From Flavobacterium sp. (GTDB lineage Bacteria > Bacteroidota > Bacteroidia > Flavobacteriales > Flavobacteriaceae): a stretch of DNA of 59,160 bases. A model generated the notes under the pieces. The model saw only the letters and a list, made by a program, of their open reading frames with translations, was not told where the DNA came from and did not search any database. Location of the stretch: contig JAGNYR010000005.1 in assembly GCA_017984835.1 (NCBI GenBank), positions 1 to 59,160 of the forward strand, given 5' to 3'. A program made the position numbers and the translations under genes. Positions 48,817 through 59,080 of this stretch are shown in pieces (within the stretch, counting starts at the first letter, position 1; every line of letters starts with the position of its first letter).

Positions 48817-51063
48817 TTATTTATCTTTTGTGAATTCAAAATTTTGACCACTGTAAGTCAATGTAAATGCATCTTTTGTAGCATTAAATTGAATTGACAA
48901 TCCAGCTTGTTCAAAAGCAAATTTTCCATTTCCTTTATCGTCAAGCGGAAGTGATTGTTGTCCGGTTGCACTCATTACTAACGAACCGTCCTCCTCAGAA
49001 AAACTGATTTTAATTGGAATTTTAGTACTTGAATATTTTCCTAGGTATCCATCCAATACAACCATTTGTGTTACTCCGTCTTTACTAGTCCAAGTGTTGT
49101 TTTCTGAATTGCTATCTGGAAAAACATGCTCCGGATCAATTACGATTGATTCCAATTCTTCATTTGAATCTAATTTGAATGACCAAGAAACATTACGTTC
49201 CCAAACAACTACTGGTAACGTTTTAGAAAATTTCTTTCCGCTTTTAGTGGTCGCTTCAACTATTACTGGTAATGGCATTTTTTCTAAGTTATCTACTGTA
49301 ATAATCGCTCCTTTTGAAGCATCATTTTTTACATATTTAACCTCTGTAATGGCTTGATCAAACTTCCAGTTATTTACAAACCAACTTCTCCAAAACCAAC
49401 CTAAATCTTCACCTGCAACATTTTCAATGGTTCTGAAAAAGTCATCCGGCATTGGGTGTTTGAACGCCCATCTAGCAACATAAGTACGCAATGCATTGTC
49501 AAAACGCTCTTGTCCTAAAATATGATTTCTCAACATATCAAGACCAGATCCTGGCTTGTAATAAGCAAGGATTCCTAAATTAGCTTCTTTTAAATTATCC
49601 GGTGCTGCGAAAACTGGCTCTAACGATTCACCTGTTAACATACCTGACATTTCGTGCATGTTTGATTGTGGTGATTTGTATTCTCCGTTGTTAAAATCGT
49701 ACGAACTCAATCCGTTGATGAATGTATTAAATCCTTCATCCATCCATGCAAACAAACGCTCATTAGAACCTACAATCATTGGAAACCAAATATGTCCAAA
49801 TTCGTGATCGGTTACTCCCCATAAATCACCCGCTTTCGATTCCCATCCACAGAAAACAATTCCTGGATATTCCATTCCGCCTTCATTTCCAGCTACGTTT
49901 GTTGCTGCTGGGTAAGGATATTCAAACCAACGTTTTGAATAATTCTCTATAGAAGATTTAGTATATTCTGTTGAACGCTCCCATGCATTACCACCATTAC
50001 TTTCTACTGGATAAGCAGAAATTGCCATAGATTTTTTACCACTTGGTAAATTAATACGAGCGGCATCAATAATAAAAGCTGCCGAAGATGCCCAGGAAGC
50101 ATCACGTGCATTTGTTAACTTAAACTTCCAAGTCAGGTTTGATTTTCCTGAAGGTCTTGAAGCAGCATTGGTAACCTCCTCTGCGGAACGAATCATAACC
50201 GTTTTATCGCTGTCTTTTGCAGTTGCCCAACGTTTTTGTTGCTCTGCTGTGTACACCTCTGTTGGATTTTGTAATTCTCCAGAACACACTACAATGTGGT
50301 TTGCCGGAGCCGTAATTGAAATATCAAAATTTCCGTACTCTAAGTAAAACTCACCTGCTCCTAAGTAAGGATTGGTATTCCATCCACGTACATCATCGTA
50401 CACGCACATTCTTGGATACCATTGCGCAATGGTGAATATTTTCCCGTTTTTCGTTGCCAATACACCCGTTCTATCCGAACCGTATTCTGGTGAAACATAA
50501 GAATAATCAATTTTTAATTTTACCGATGCACCATTTGCCTTCAATTCTTGAGGTAAATTAATTTGCATTCGGGTATCTGTGATGGTATAAGACACCTCTT
50601 TTTCAACTGATTTTCCAGCAACAAGAGTGACTATTTTCACCGATTTTATTCTGTAACCTCCGTCAAATTCTTGACCGTGCGCACCGTTTCTACTTCCTTT
50701 TAATGGAACTACTGCATGCCCTCTTGAATCCTTTTTAAATAAATTTTGATCCAATTGCATCCATAAAAATCCTAATTTATCTGGACTATTATTGGTGTAA
50801 GTTACCGTTGCAGAACCTACAATTTCATTGGTAACATCATTTAATGAAGCAGCCAAAACGTAATCGGCTGAGTTTTGCCAATATTTTGCCCCCGGTTGTC
50901 CACTTGCAGAACGCGTTTCTGTTGCGTTTTTAGTGTAAAAATTGTTTGCGAATGCCTCGTTATAGTTGTAGTTTGATTTGGGGTTTTTCTCTTGTCCAAA
51001 CGAACTTGTGATCCCAAACAATACGACAACAAAAAGCAATCCTTTGAATACATTGTTTTTCAT
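48817..51063 (-). CDS. M1 family metallopeptidase, secreted
   Basis: GGMEYP, HEFGH...DEG zinc motif, signal peptide; ATG at 51063. Confidence 0.9.
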   Translation of the reverse strand: MKNNVFKGLLFVVVLFGITSSFGQEKNPKSNYNYNEAFANNFYTKNATETRSASGQPGAKYWQNSADYVLAASLNDVTNEIVGSATVTYTNNSPDKLGFLWMQLDQNLFKKDSRGHAVVPLKGSRNGAHGQEFDGGYRIKSVKIVTLVAGKSVEKEVSYTITDTRMQINLPQELKANGASVKLKIDYSYVSPEYGSDRTGVLATKNGKIFTIAQWYPRMCVYDDVRGWNTNPYLGAGEFYLEYGNFDISITAPANHIVVCSGELQNPTEVYTAEQQKRWATAKDSDKTVMIRSAEEVTNAASRPSGKSNLTWKFKLTNARDASWASSAAFIIDAARINLPSGKKSMAISAYPVESNGGNAWERSTEYTKSSIENYSKRWFEYPYPAATNVAGNEGGMEYPGIVFCGWESKAGDLWGVTDHEFGHIWFPMIVGSNERLFAWMDEGFNTFINGLSSYDFNNGEYKSPQSNMHEMSGMLTGESLEPVFAAPDNLKEANLGILAYYKPGSGLDMLRNHILGQERFDNALRTYVARWAFKHPMPDDFFRTIENVAGEDLGWFWRSWFVNNWKFDQAITEVKYVKNDASKGAIITVDNLEKMPLPVIVEATTKSGKKFSKTLPVVVWERNVSWSFKLDSNEELESIVIDPEHVFPDSNSENNTWTSKDGVTQMVVLDGYLGKYSSTKIPIKISFSEEDGSLVMSATGQQSLPLDDKGNGKFAFEQAGLSIQFNATKDAFTLTYSGQNFEFTKDK

Positions 51064-51171
51064 AGTAAATAGCATTTAATTTATTAAGCAAATAAAAGAA
51101 AAAAGATTTTATTTATGTTAATTTTCAATTAGATTTACAAAAAAATAACTTTTTAGATCTCGTTGACTTGT

Positions 51172-52029
51172 ATGATGCTAACACTTGAAAATGAATTTTA
51201 CACCGCGACCTTTGAAACTAAAGGAGCTGAACTGATTTCTCTTATTCATAAAAAAACAAATCGGAATTATATTTGGGAAGGTAATCCTGCCATTTGGGGA
51301 AAGCATTCTCCGCTATTATTTCCGATCGTTGGCACACTGAAAAATAATGTTTATTATCACAACAACCAACCCTATTCGCTACCAAGACATGGTTTTGCGA
51401 GAGACATGGAATTTGAGGTGCTAGATCAAAGTTCGAACAGCCTGACTTTTTCATTGATTTCAAATACAGAAACGCTTTTAAAATATCCTTTTGATTTTGA
51501 ATTGCAGTTAAAATATACCTTATCCGAGAATGAATTAACTTTTGAATATATTGTTTTTAACAACAATGACTTTGAAATGCCTTTTTCTATTGGAGCGCAT
51601 CCCGCGTTTGCACTGAGAAATAACTTTTCTGATTATTCCTTGGAATTCGAACACCAAGAAACATTGGAGTGTTTTGTTTTAGAAAATGATTTGATTTCCA
51701 ACAATTCTTATCCAATTCAATTAAAAGACAACGTATTACCTTTACAATATACCACTTTTGAAAAAGATGCGTTGATTTTTAAAGAACTTTCATCGAAATC
51801 AATTGTGATTTTAGAAAATGGCGCACCTTTCTTAAAAATAAGTTATGCTGATTTTCCGAATTTAGGAATTTGGACCAAAATTGATGCACCCTTTATTTGT
51901 ATTGAACCTTGGCATGGATATGCCGATGTAATAGATACCAACAGCAAGTTGTCTGAAAAAGATGGCATACAAATTGCTAAACCTAAAACGAATCATCATT
52001 TTACTTTTTCAATACAAATTTTATCTTAA
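51172..52029 (+). CDS. Aldose 1-epimerase family protein (LacX-like)
   Basis: GAEL.S, W..HSPLLFPIVG, RHGFARD, GAHPAF, FICIEPW.G. Confidence 0.88.
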   Translation: MMLTLENEFYTATFETKGAELISLIHKKTNRNYIWEGNPAIWGKHSPLLFPIVGTLKNNVYYHNNQPYSLPRHGFARDMEFEVLDQSSNSLTFSLISNTETLLKYPFDFELQLKYTLSENELTFEYIVFNNNDFEMPFSIGAHPAFALRNNFSDYSLEFEHQETLECFVLENDLISNNSYPIQLKDNVLPLQYTTFEKDALIFKELSSKSIVILENGAPFLKISYADFPNLGIWTKIDAPFICIEPWHGYADVIDTNSKLSEKDGIQIAKPKTNHHFTFSIQILS

Positions 52030-52031
52030 AC

Positions 52032-52592
52032 ATGCTCACAATCAATTTTCATCCGTTCCAAAATTTAGAAACAGAACGCCTATTGCTTCGCAGACTGAAT
52101 GCTTCCGACATCAATGAAATCATTGAACTTCGAGGCAATCCTGAAACGATGAAATTTATTCCGAGGCCTTTAATTACAAATCAAGAGGAAGCGCTGGCAT
52201 TCTTAAAAGTAATTGACGATAATGTAGATCAAAACTTGGCCATCAATTGGGCTATCACCCTAAAAGGAACCGATAAAATGATTGGTATTGCCGGAATTTA
52301 TCGCATCCAACCCGAAAACTACAGAGGTGAAATTGGGTACATGATCATGCCTCAACACCAAGGAAAAGGTTATGTTACCGAAACGGCAAGTAAAATTACT
52401 GATTTTGGTTTCCATCAACTGAACCTAAATAGTATTGAAGCAGTCATTGATCCAAAAAATACTGCCTCTGAAAAAGTTCTGGTAAAAAATGGCTACATCA
52501 AAGAGGGTCATTTTATTGAAAAGGAATGTTATAACGGCGTATTTTTAGATAATGCAATATATACTTTACTCAAACGAAATTTTAAGCAATAA
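52032..52592 (+). CDS. GNAT family N-acetyltransferase (RimJ/RimL-like)
   Basis: LETERLLLR, GEIGY, QGKGY, N.AS.KVL.KNGY. Confidence 0.88.
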   Translation: MLTINFHPFQNLETERLLLRRLNASDINEIIELRGNPETMKFIPRPLITNQEEALAFLKVIDDNVDQNLAINWAITLKGTDKMIGIAGIYRIQPENYRGEIGYMIMPQHQGKGYVTETASKITDFGFHQLNLNSIEAVIDPKNTASEKVLVKNGYIKEGHFIEKECYNGVFLDNAIYTLLKRNFKQ

Positions 52593-52595
52593 CCC

Positions 52596-53759
52596 ATGAA
52601 CGAATTCGAAAAACAATTTGAAGAATTACAAAACTTCCTGAAGTTTGATGATTTTTCGATCCTAACCAAAAGGATCATTGATTTAACGCTGGACACAGAA
52701 GATTTGAATCAGTACAAAAAAACAAATGATTTTCTTAATTGGCTTGACCTAAACGTAGAAAACGTATCAGAAAAGAAAGGAAAATATGAACAGATTTTAA
52801 ATGAGTTACATGCCTTTCTTTCACAAAAACCAATTGCTGAAAGAAAAATACTTGTGCAAACATCAAAACTTGAGAAAAGTTATGGAATCAATCGTTTTGG
52901 ATTGGGCCCAATTGATTTAGAGCTGCGACAAGGCGAAATACTCGGATTGGTGGGCGAAAACGGTAATGGTAAAACCACACTTTTACGATTACTTTGTGGC
53001 GATTTGTTTGCTTCCAGTGGAGTGATTGATTACAACTTTCAATATAAGGATCCATATGACCTGAGAACCCAATTGGTATATATTCCGCAACGAACCGATA
53101 CTTGGTATGGTTCTATGTTTGAAAACCTTCAATTTACTGCCTCTTGCTATGGGTATACGCCCGAGGAAAATGAAGTGATCGTAGAATTAATCATCGCTCG
53201 TTTGGGCTTACGTAAATTTAGAAATCACAGTTGGAAAAGCTTGTCATCTGGCTACAAAATGCGATTTGAATTGGCTCGAATGCTGCTTAGAAAACCAAAA
53301 ATATTACTCATCGACGAACCGTTGGCAAATTTGGATATATTGGCACAACAAACTGTTTTGGAGGATTTTAAATCGATCGCAAAATCAGCTTTTAGACCTA
53401 TCGGTATAGTGTTGAGTTCACAACAATTGTATGAAGTAGAAAAAACATCCGATCAGGTAATTTTCTTAAAACAAGGGAAACAGAAAAACTTGCATGAGAA
53501 AACAAATTCGGAAGAAAAAACCGACGTCGTTCAAAATTTAGTGATTGAATTTGAGAGTAGTTTCAATCAAAAACAATTAGGTGATATTTTTGAGAAATTT
53601 AAAATGATCACATTGCAATTTAATGGAGGGACCTATATTGTTACCTTCCCTGAAACGGTTACAGTTTATCAATTTATGGAAATCATCATTCAAAACAACA
53701 TTCCATTATCGTATTTCAGAAATATTTCAAACTCAACTCGTCGCTTTTTTGTATCTTAA
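52596..53759 (+). CDS. ABC transporter ATP-binding protein with N-terminal helical extension
   Basis: Walker A GENGNGKT, signature LSSGY, Walker B LLIDEP. Confidence 0.85.
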   Translation: MNEFEKQFEELQNFLKFDDFSILTKRIIDLTLDTEDLNQYKKTNDFLNWLDLNVENVSEKKGKYEQILNELHAFLSQKPIAERKILVQTSKLEKSYGINRFGLGPIDLELRQGEILGLVGENGNGKTTLLRLLCGDLFASSGVIDYNFQYKDPYDLRTQLVYIPQRTDTWYGSMFENLQFTASCYGYTPEENEVIVELIIARLGLRKFRNHSWKSLSSGYKMRFELARMLLRKPKILLIDEPLANLDILAQQTVLEDFKSIAKSAFRPIGIVLSSQQLYEVEKTSDQVIFLKQGKQKNLHEKTNSEEKTDVVQNLVIEFESSFNQKQLGDIFEKFKMITLQFNGGTYIVTFPETVTVYQFMEIIIQNNIPLSYFRNISNSTRRFFVS

Positions 53760-53771
53760 AAAAATAGTATC

Positions 53772-55310
53772 ATGTTCAAAAACATTCAAAAACAACTTTT
53801 ATTAAAGCATCCATTAATTTGGAATCTTAAAATAATTCCATTGGCAATAATTGCCTTTGCAGCTCATATCATTTTTGTTATTTTGGGGTATTTCAATGGA
53901 GATCTAAACTTTACTGAAACAGAAACTGATTACAATGGTGATTCCTTGGACATAACCGTAGTTTTCTTTGCTGTATTGATTTCTATTTTAGCCATTATTT
54001 TATGGTGTGTATCCTATTTTAAAAACAATGGATTAAAGTCATTTTACCCCAAGTCGAATAGTTCCTTATTCAAAGAATGGGGCATGCTTTTCATTGGATT
54101 CTTCTTATTGAGCTCATTTTTAGTGTCTTATTATTATGGAAAAGAAGTACGGGTAAGAGCTTATTATTCATTAGAAGAAGCTCAAAAAAGATGTAAAATA
54201 CTTAGTCAAGGGTCCTTTTTTGTAGATGGTTCGTATTCGAATAATTATTATGATGGCGATGAGGTTCCGATTGCCACCGATAGTATAGTAGTTGCCCCTT
54301 CTGTAGTAGACACTGCAGTAGCGGCTACAGCAGTTAAAACAAAAGATTATTTCATCTACAAAGGCAAAAAGTACTCGTATAATTCGTTGATGAATAAAAA
54401 CCTAAACTCATATAGTTTTTTCGATTTTGAAAAAGATTCTATTCACAAAGAAGAAGTAAAAACTTGGTTGGTAAACAACGATAAAAAAGCGATTCAATCT
54501 TTGTTTGAAAAATATTTGGCTATCGCAAAAGAGCACAAATTAAATTCGAGTATTGATGCCAACAAATGGATCGAACTTATTTATGATTACCCAACTTTTA
54601 TGCGTTATAAAACGATTGGAAGTGAAGAAAAAGATTATTACTACAACAACAATGACGGAACAAAAATTGACACAACAGAATGCTATTTAGGTTATGAAAA
54701 TAACGAGCAATACCGATATTACAAATTCTATGTTCCAGAGAAAGCTTTGAAGTTCAATTATGAAAAAATTGCAGATGCCTATCAAAAGCCGGATATTGAT
54801 TTAGATACATTACTCTTGATATCTTATATTGCTATGGGGTTATCCTTGTTACTGCTCTCTTTCCGAGTTACTTCTGGTAAAAATTGGCTGATCGCTGTAG
54901 TTTCATTGGGTGTCCTTAATATCCTGATCGGAATATTAAGTGCCATTTCTTCATCTGAATATGTATACCTATCAGTTGTGATAATGCTAATTATCTTTTG
55001 TTTTGTGTATTTATTGATGAAGATCAAACAAAACCTTGGAAAAGGAATTACAGGTATTACCAATAACATTTTATTGTGGACATTACCTTCCTTTGGACCA
55101 ATTGTATATTATTTTGTCCTCGAAATTTCAAAAGCAGTAAGCGGATATAATGATTATGATTATGCTGGTAGACAAATCGCATTCCCAAAAATTGAATGGC
55201 TGAAAGATAGTGGCTATGTGCTCTTATTTATCAACCTTTTATTCGTAATGCTGGTGCTCTTGTATTTATCAAAAAAATTAAAACAATGGCGAGGAATTGC
55301 TGAAAGTTAA
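53772..55310 (+). CDS. Integral membrane protein, probable partner of the ABC ATPase
   Basis: 3 N-terminal and about 5 C-terminal TM helices around a large soluble loop; 12 bp after the ATPase. Confidence 0.65.
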   Translation: MFKNIQKQLLLKHPLIWNLKIIPLAIIAFAAHIIFVILGYFNGDLNFTETETDYNGDSLDITVVFFAVLISILAIILWCVSYFKNNGLKSFYPKSNSSLFKEWGMLFIGFFLLSSFLVSYYYGKEVRVRAYYSLEEAQKRCKILSQGSFFVDGSYSNNYYDGDEVPIATDSIVVAPSVVDTAVAATAVKTKDYFIYKGKKYSYNSLMNKNLNSYSFFDFEKDSIHKEEVKTWLVNNDKKAIQSLFEKYLAIAKEHKLNSSIDANKWIELIYDYPTFMRYKTIGSEEKDYYYNNNDGTKIDTTECYLGYENNEQYRYYKFYVPEKALKFNYEKIADAYQKPDIDLDTLLLISYIAMGLSLLLLSFRVTSGKNWLIAVVSLGVLNILIGILSAISSSEYVYLSVVIMLIIFCFVYLLMKIKQNLGKGITGITNNILLWTLPSFGPIVYYFVLEISKAVSGYNDYDYAGRQIAFPKIEWLKDSGYVLLFINLLFVMLVLLYLSKKLKQWRGIAES

Positions 55311-55316
55311 TCTTAA

Positions 55317-55351
55317 AAAACGGGGAAGATCTTATTGATCATCCCCGTTTT
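55317..55351. terminator. Bidirectional terminator
   Basis: AAAACGGGGA.GATC...GATC.TCCCCGTTTT. Confidence 0.78.
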
Positions 55352-55374
55352 CATTTACAATAATGCATCTAATA

Positions 55375-55611
55375 CTAAATACTCTTTTTTAATTTTGGAA
55401 GTGTTTTAATATACAACACTTCGACTTGTTTTCGGGCCCAATCGGTTTTTCGTAAAAATGTCAAACTCGATTTTACCGAAGGAGTATCTATGAAACATTT
55501 TATTTTGATCTGAGCACCTAAATTTTCAAACCCATAATAATCTACTAAGGTTTCTACGATTTTTTGAAGTGTTACTCCATGAAGTGGATCTTTTTGTGCT
55601 GATTTTTCCAT
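55375..55611 (-). CDS. VF530/DUF2132 family small DNA-binding protein
   Basis: DPLHGVTL..I...LV..YG, CF...PSVKSSL.FLRKT.WAR..VE. Confidence 0.85.
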   Translation of the reverse strand: MEKSAQKDPLHGVTLQKIVETLVDYYGFENLGAQIKIKCFIDTPSVKSSLTFLRKTDWARKQVEVLYIKTLPKLKKSI

Positions 55612-55660
55612 TTTACAAAGATAAGAAGGCGCGCTGGAATATACCTATACTATTTAGATC

Positions 55661-55693
55661 AAAAAAAAGTCACTACCTAAATAGTGACTTTTT
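55661..55693 (-). terminator. Intrinsic terminator after ompW
   Basis: AAAAAGTCACTA...TAGTGACTTTTT. Confidence 0.8.
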
Positions 55694-55717
55694 AATATTT
55701 GATCAGGTGTTTTTTTG

Positions 55718-56401
55718 TTAGAATTTCATTCCGATTCCCGCACCAATCACTAACGGATTTATCGTTACATCAGCTGGGATACTTAAACCTGTAACCACGT
55801 TGGAAGCATCTACTGTTACATCTGTTTTCAAAAATATTTTTTTAGCATCTACATTCAAAAAGAATGTATCGGTCAATTTAAAGTCAAACCCTAATTGCAA
55901 TGCATATCCTACATTGTTTTTATATGAAACACCACGCACATCATTACCCGATTTTACATTGTAAAAAATTGTGTAATTCAAACCTGCACCTACATAAGGT
56001 TTGAATGATTTTTCTTTCAAAGGGAAAAAATGATATTGTGCTGTTAACGTTGGAGGCAATAAATATACACTACCCAAATCTATATTAACACTGGTAGGAC
56101 CTCCTACAGCAGATACATCTGAACCGACTGTATTCACCTTGTGTTTTGTAGTGCCCAAAATTAACTCGGTTGCAAAATGTTCTGTGAAAAAATACGTAAA
56201 ATCCAACTCGGGTACAAATGCGTTTGAAATGGCAACGTCTCCACCAATTACTCAGATGGTAGCACTTTCAGAAGGCATAACTGCAATTCCTCTTAAACGA
56301 ACTTGCCATTTAGTAAAATCCGTGGTTGCTTTTTCTTCTTTTGTCTGAGCATTTACAGTAAAACATGAAACTGCAAGTAATGCGAAAATTAATTTTTTCA
56401 T
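55718..56401 (-). pseudogene. ompW: OmpW family outer-membrane protein interrupted by a single in-frame TGA (56252-56254)
   Basis: The ORFs 56252-56401 and 55718-56206 share a frame: ...MPSESATI*VIGGDVAISNAFVPELDFTYFF...LPPTLTAQYHF...PYVGAGLNY...GMKF. Confidence 0.85.
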
Positions 56402-56428
56402 TTTAGTTATTTGTTTAAAATTATACTT

Positions 56429-56472
56429 CAAATGTAGGCCGAACAAACCACTTGAAATCTGATAAAAATCAT
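56429..56472 (-). promoter_or_regulatory. ompW promoter (-7 TACATTTG) with FNR/CRP-like box TGAT-N4-ATCA
   Basis: CAAATGTA at 56429-56436; CTGATAAAAATCAT at 56459-56472, roughly 40-45 bp upstream of the predicted start site. Confidence 0.5.
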
Positions 56473-56550
56473 AGTTTAAGAAATGTTTTCTGCTTAAATA
56501 TTGATTATTACTTCCGCGTTTTTCTTTTTTGTGCTATTTTTGTACGACTT

Positions 56551-57009
56551 ATGATTAAAACTGCCAACATACTAAACAAAAGAGCCCGATTTGATTATGA
56601 AATAATCGAAACGTTTTCTGCTGGTATTGTTTTAACCGGAACCGAAATAAAGTCAATTCGGTTAGGAAAAGCGAATATAACTGAGAGTTTTTGTGAGTTC
56701 AATGAATCGAATGAATTGTTCGCAATTAATACTTCTATAGAAGAATATGCCTTTGGCAACCAGTTCAACCACAAAGCAAGAAGTGAAAGAAAATTATTGC
56801 TCAACAAAAGAGAATTGAAATCGTTGGAAAGAAGCGTAGAAACCAAAGGACTTACCATTATCCCTCTTCGTTTGTTTACAAATGAAAAAGGATTGGCTAA
56901 ACTCGAAATTGGATTGTGCCGAGGTAAAAAAACATACGATAAAAGAGAATCTTTGAAAGAGCAAGATACCAAACGCGATTTAGCAAGAATAAAAAAAGAA
57001 TTCAATTAA
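56551..57009 (+). CDS. smpB: SsrA-binding protein SmpB
   Basis: NKRARFDY, AGIVLTGTEIKSIR, RKLLL, GKK.YDKRE; ATG 56551 follows -7 box TATTTTTG (56535-56542). Confidence 0.96.
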   Translation: MIKTANILNKRARFDYEIIETFSAGIVLTGTEIKSIRLGKANITESFCEFNESNELFAINTSIEEYAFGNQFNHKARSERKLLLNKRELKSLERSVETKGLTIIPLRLFTNEKGLAKLEIGLCRGKKTYDKRESLKEQDTKRDLARIKKEFN

Positions 57010-57030
57010 AAGTTTTTTTTACAATAAAAT

Positions 57031-57047
57031 ATGACTATTTTTGTCAT
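57031..57047 (+). promoter_or_regulatory. Inverted repeat ATGAC-N7-GTCAT overlapping -7 box TATTTTTG
   Basis: The palindrome brackets the promoter box (57036-57043) of the HTH-Fic gene. Confidence 0.55.
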
Positions 57048-57067
57048 GAACAAATAAGTCAATTACC

Positions 57068-58117
57068 ATGAAGAATTTATTAAAAAATGCTAGAGAACAA
57101 AAAGGCATCAAAACCAGAGAGCTTGCTCAAATGATGCAAATTGATCAAGCTTTGATTAGTAAGTTTGAAAACGGTACACGTAAACCAACGCGAGAGCAAG
57201 TAAAAAAACTAGCTCAAGCACTTTCTATCGACTTTGACACCCTAATGATTGCTTGGTTGAAGGAAAAAATATTGTATGAAATTGGTTCCGATGATTTATC
57301 AATGCGAGCAATGGCAATGGTTCGTGAGGAAATTGAAAATAATTATGCTGTACAGAAAAGTAGTATTTCAAAAAGCTTACAAACCGTTTTAGATGAAATT
57401 GATGTTTTAAAAAACAAACTCAACAAGTATAGAGCGTTTGATAGTTTTCGAATTACCCAGGCACTTGAGCTCGAGTATATTTTTGAAAGTAACCGCATAG
57501 AAGGAAATACCTTAACCCTTCGTGAAACTGATTTGGTCATCAATGAAGGACTTACGGTTTCGGGTAAAAGCATGCGCGAGCATCTTGAAGCCATCAATCA
57601 TGTGGAAGCAATTGGATACATTAAACAATTGGTCGAAAGAAATTTCGCTTTCAATGAAAGGGAATTATTAACTGTTCACAATTTAATTTTGCGCGGTATT
57701 CATCCGGAAGATGCTGGAAAGTATCGAAAAGTGCAAGTAATGATAAAAGGAAGTGCTCACATGCCTCCGCAACCGTATCTTGTTGCAAAAGAAATGGAAG
57801 ATTATTTTATTTGGATGGATCAACATAAAAACAAACTACATCCCGTGGTTTTGGCGGCAGAAATGCACGAAAGACTTGTTACAATCCATCCATTTATTGA
57901 TGGGAATGGAAGGACTTCTCGTTTGATAATGAATTTTATTTTATTACAACACGGTTATGTTATTGCCAATATTAAAGGGGAATACGAAACGAGAATGAAA
58001 TATTACCAAACATTGGAAACTGCTCAAACAAAGCAAAACAAAGAAGATTTTATTCTTTTTATTGCTCAAACAGAAAAAGAATGTTTGGAACGGTACTTAT
58101 CAATTATTAGCAAATAA
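57068..58117 (+). CDS. XRE-HTH / Fic domain fusion protein (class II Fic)
   Basis: N-terminal cro/C1 HTH (ELAQ...DQALISKFENG.RKP); inhibitory SNRIEGN; catalytic HPFIDGNGRTSR. Confidence 0.92.
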   Translation: MKNLLKNAREQKGIKTRELAQMMQIDQALISKFENGTRKPTREQVKKLAQALSIDFDTLMIAWLKEKILYEIGSDDLSMRAMAMVREEIENNYAVQKSSISKSLQTVLDEIDVLKNKLNKYRAFDSFRITQALELEYIFESNRIEGNTLTLRETDLVINEGLTVSGKSMREHLEAINHVEAIGYIKQLVERNFAFNERELLTVHNLILRGIHPEDAGKYRKVQVMIKGSAHMPPQPYLVAKEMEDYFIWMDQHKNKLHPVVLAAEMHERLVTIHPFIDGNGRTSRLIMNFILLQHGYVIANIKGEYETRMKYYQTLETAQTKQNKEDFILFIAQTEKECLERYLSIISK

Positions 58118-58138
58118 CCCATCAAGTTAGATGGGTTA
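58115..58138. terminator. Hairpin spanning the stop codons of convergent fic and pcm
   Basis: TAACCCATC-AAGTTA-GATGGGTTA. Confidence 0.6.
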
Positions 58139-58777
58139 ATTTTTATTTTCTAACAATGGAACAAATTTAAAATCTCCAAATTCGTGTTTTTCGAATTGGG
58201 TTTCATTTTTACGAATCAACATGGTCATGATTTGTTCGTTTTCTCCAACAGGAATTACCAATCTCCCACCTATTTTTAATTGAGCCATTAGTGCCTGAGG
58301 AATGGTTGGAGCTCCTGCAGTTACAAGGATGCTATCAAAAGGCGCGTAATTTGGAAGACCTTTGTATCCGTCTCCAAACGATAAATGTTTCGGGCGAATA
58401 CCTAATTTGGGTAACAACAAAGAAGTCGTTTTAAACAACTCGTTTTGTCTTTCTACAGAATATACTTTTGCGCCCATCAAGAACAATACAGCGGTTTGGT
58501 ACCCACTACCGGTTCCAATTTCAAGAATTTTATCTTCCTTTTTTACCTGCAGTAATTGGCTTTGAAAAGCTACGGTATAAGGTTGTGAAATGGTTTGACC
58601 TGCGCCTATTGGAAAAGCTTTGTCTTGGTAAGCGAAATCTTCAAAACTTGAATTTAAAAACAAGTGTCTTGGAACTTTTTTAATAGCGTTTAAGACATTA
58701 CTATCTGTGATTCCTTTATCCTCTAATATTTTGACTAGTTGATTGCGAAGCCCTTGATGTTTGTTTGTATCTTTCAA
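58136..58777 (-). CDS. pcm: Protein-L-isoaspartate O-methyltransferase
   Basis: VPRHLF, GQTISQPY, LEIGTGSGYQ, APFD.I.VTAG, QLK.GGRLVIPVG, FVPL; TTG start. Confidence 0.95.
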   Translation of the reverse strand: MKDTNKHQGLRNQLVKILEDKGITDSNVLNAIKKVPRHLFLNSSFEDFAYQDKAFPIGAGQTISQPYTVAFQSQLLQVKKEDKILEIGTGSGYQTAVLFLMGAKVYSVERQNELFKTTSLLLPKLGIRPKHLSFGDGYKGLPNYAPFDSILVTAGAPTIPQALMAQLKIGGRLVIPVGENEQIMTMLIRKNETQFEKHEFGDFKFVPLLENKN

Positions 58778-58869
58778 TTTTGGATGTCATTTATTTTGTA
58801 AAATTAGTTGTAAAAAAATCAAAATACAAATCGATGATCGAAAACATGGCAACTCAATAAAGTAAAATT

Positions 58870-59008
58870 GCGTGAGCGGTTGAAGCGGCATCCTTTTGTG
58901 CAGCAAAGCGAAACAAAAGATATAGCAAAAAACGCGACCTGATTGCTTGAAAAAATAAGAGGAGGTACGAAAATTATTTTTTTTCAATAAGGGCACGCCC
59001 AAAATAAA
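58870..59008 (+). repeat. Structured intergenic REP-like element, copy B
   Basis: Begins GCGTGAGCGGTTGAAGCG, internal hairpin CTTTTGT/ACAAAAG, ends ACGCCCAAAATAAA, matching the reverse complement of 28889-28985. Confidence 0.55.
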
Positions 59009-59080
59009 GTTAGATAAATTTATCAATTGTATGAGGTGAATATCTATCGGATTTTGTTATTTTTGATAAAATTTATTTTT

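Noticed and set aside
56252-56254. UGA recoding (selenocysteine, or UGA=Gly genetic code) in ompW
   Set aside because: No other gene in the window has an in-frame TGA, TGA serves as a normal stop (1347, 4312), the position is not a catalytic Cys, and no SECIS-like hairpin was evident.
1-57009. ssrA and smpB at opposite ends of the window, suggesting a 56-kb island integrated at tmRNA
   Set aside because: No integrase and no duplicated tmRNA 3' end (att site) were found, and core genes (clpB, yaaA, trpG) lie in between.
1653-59026. Numerous 60-146 aa ORFs antisense to or nested in long genes (e.g. 4514-4936, 28677-28982, 43215-43655, 45924-46169, 56595-57005, 58787-59026)
   Set aside because: These are shadow ORFs of well-supported genes or run across regulatory/repeat DNA, and they have no recognisable motifs.
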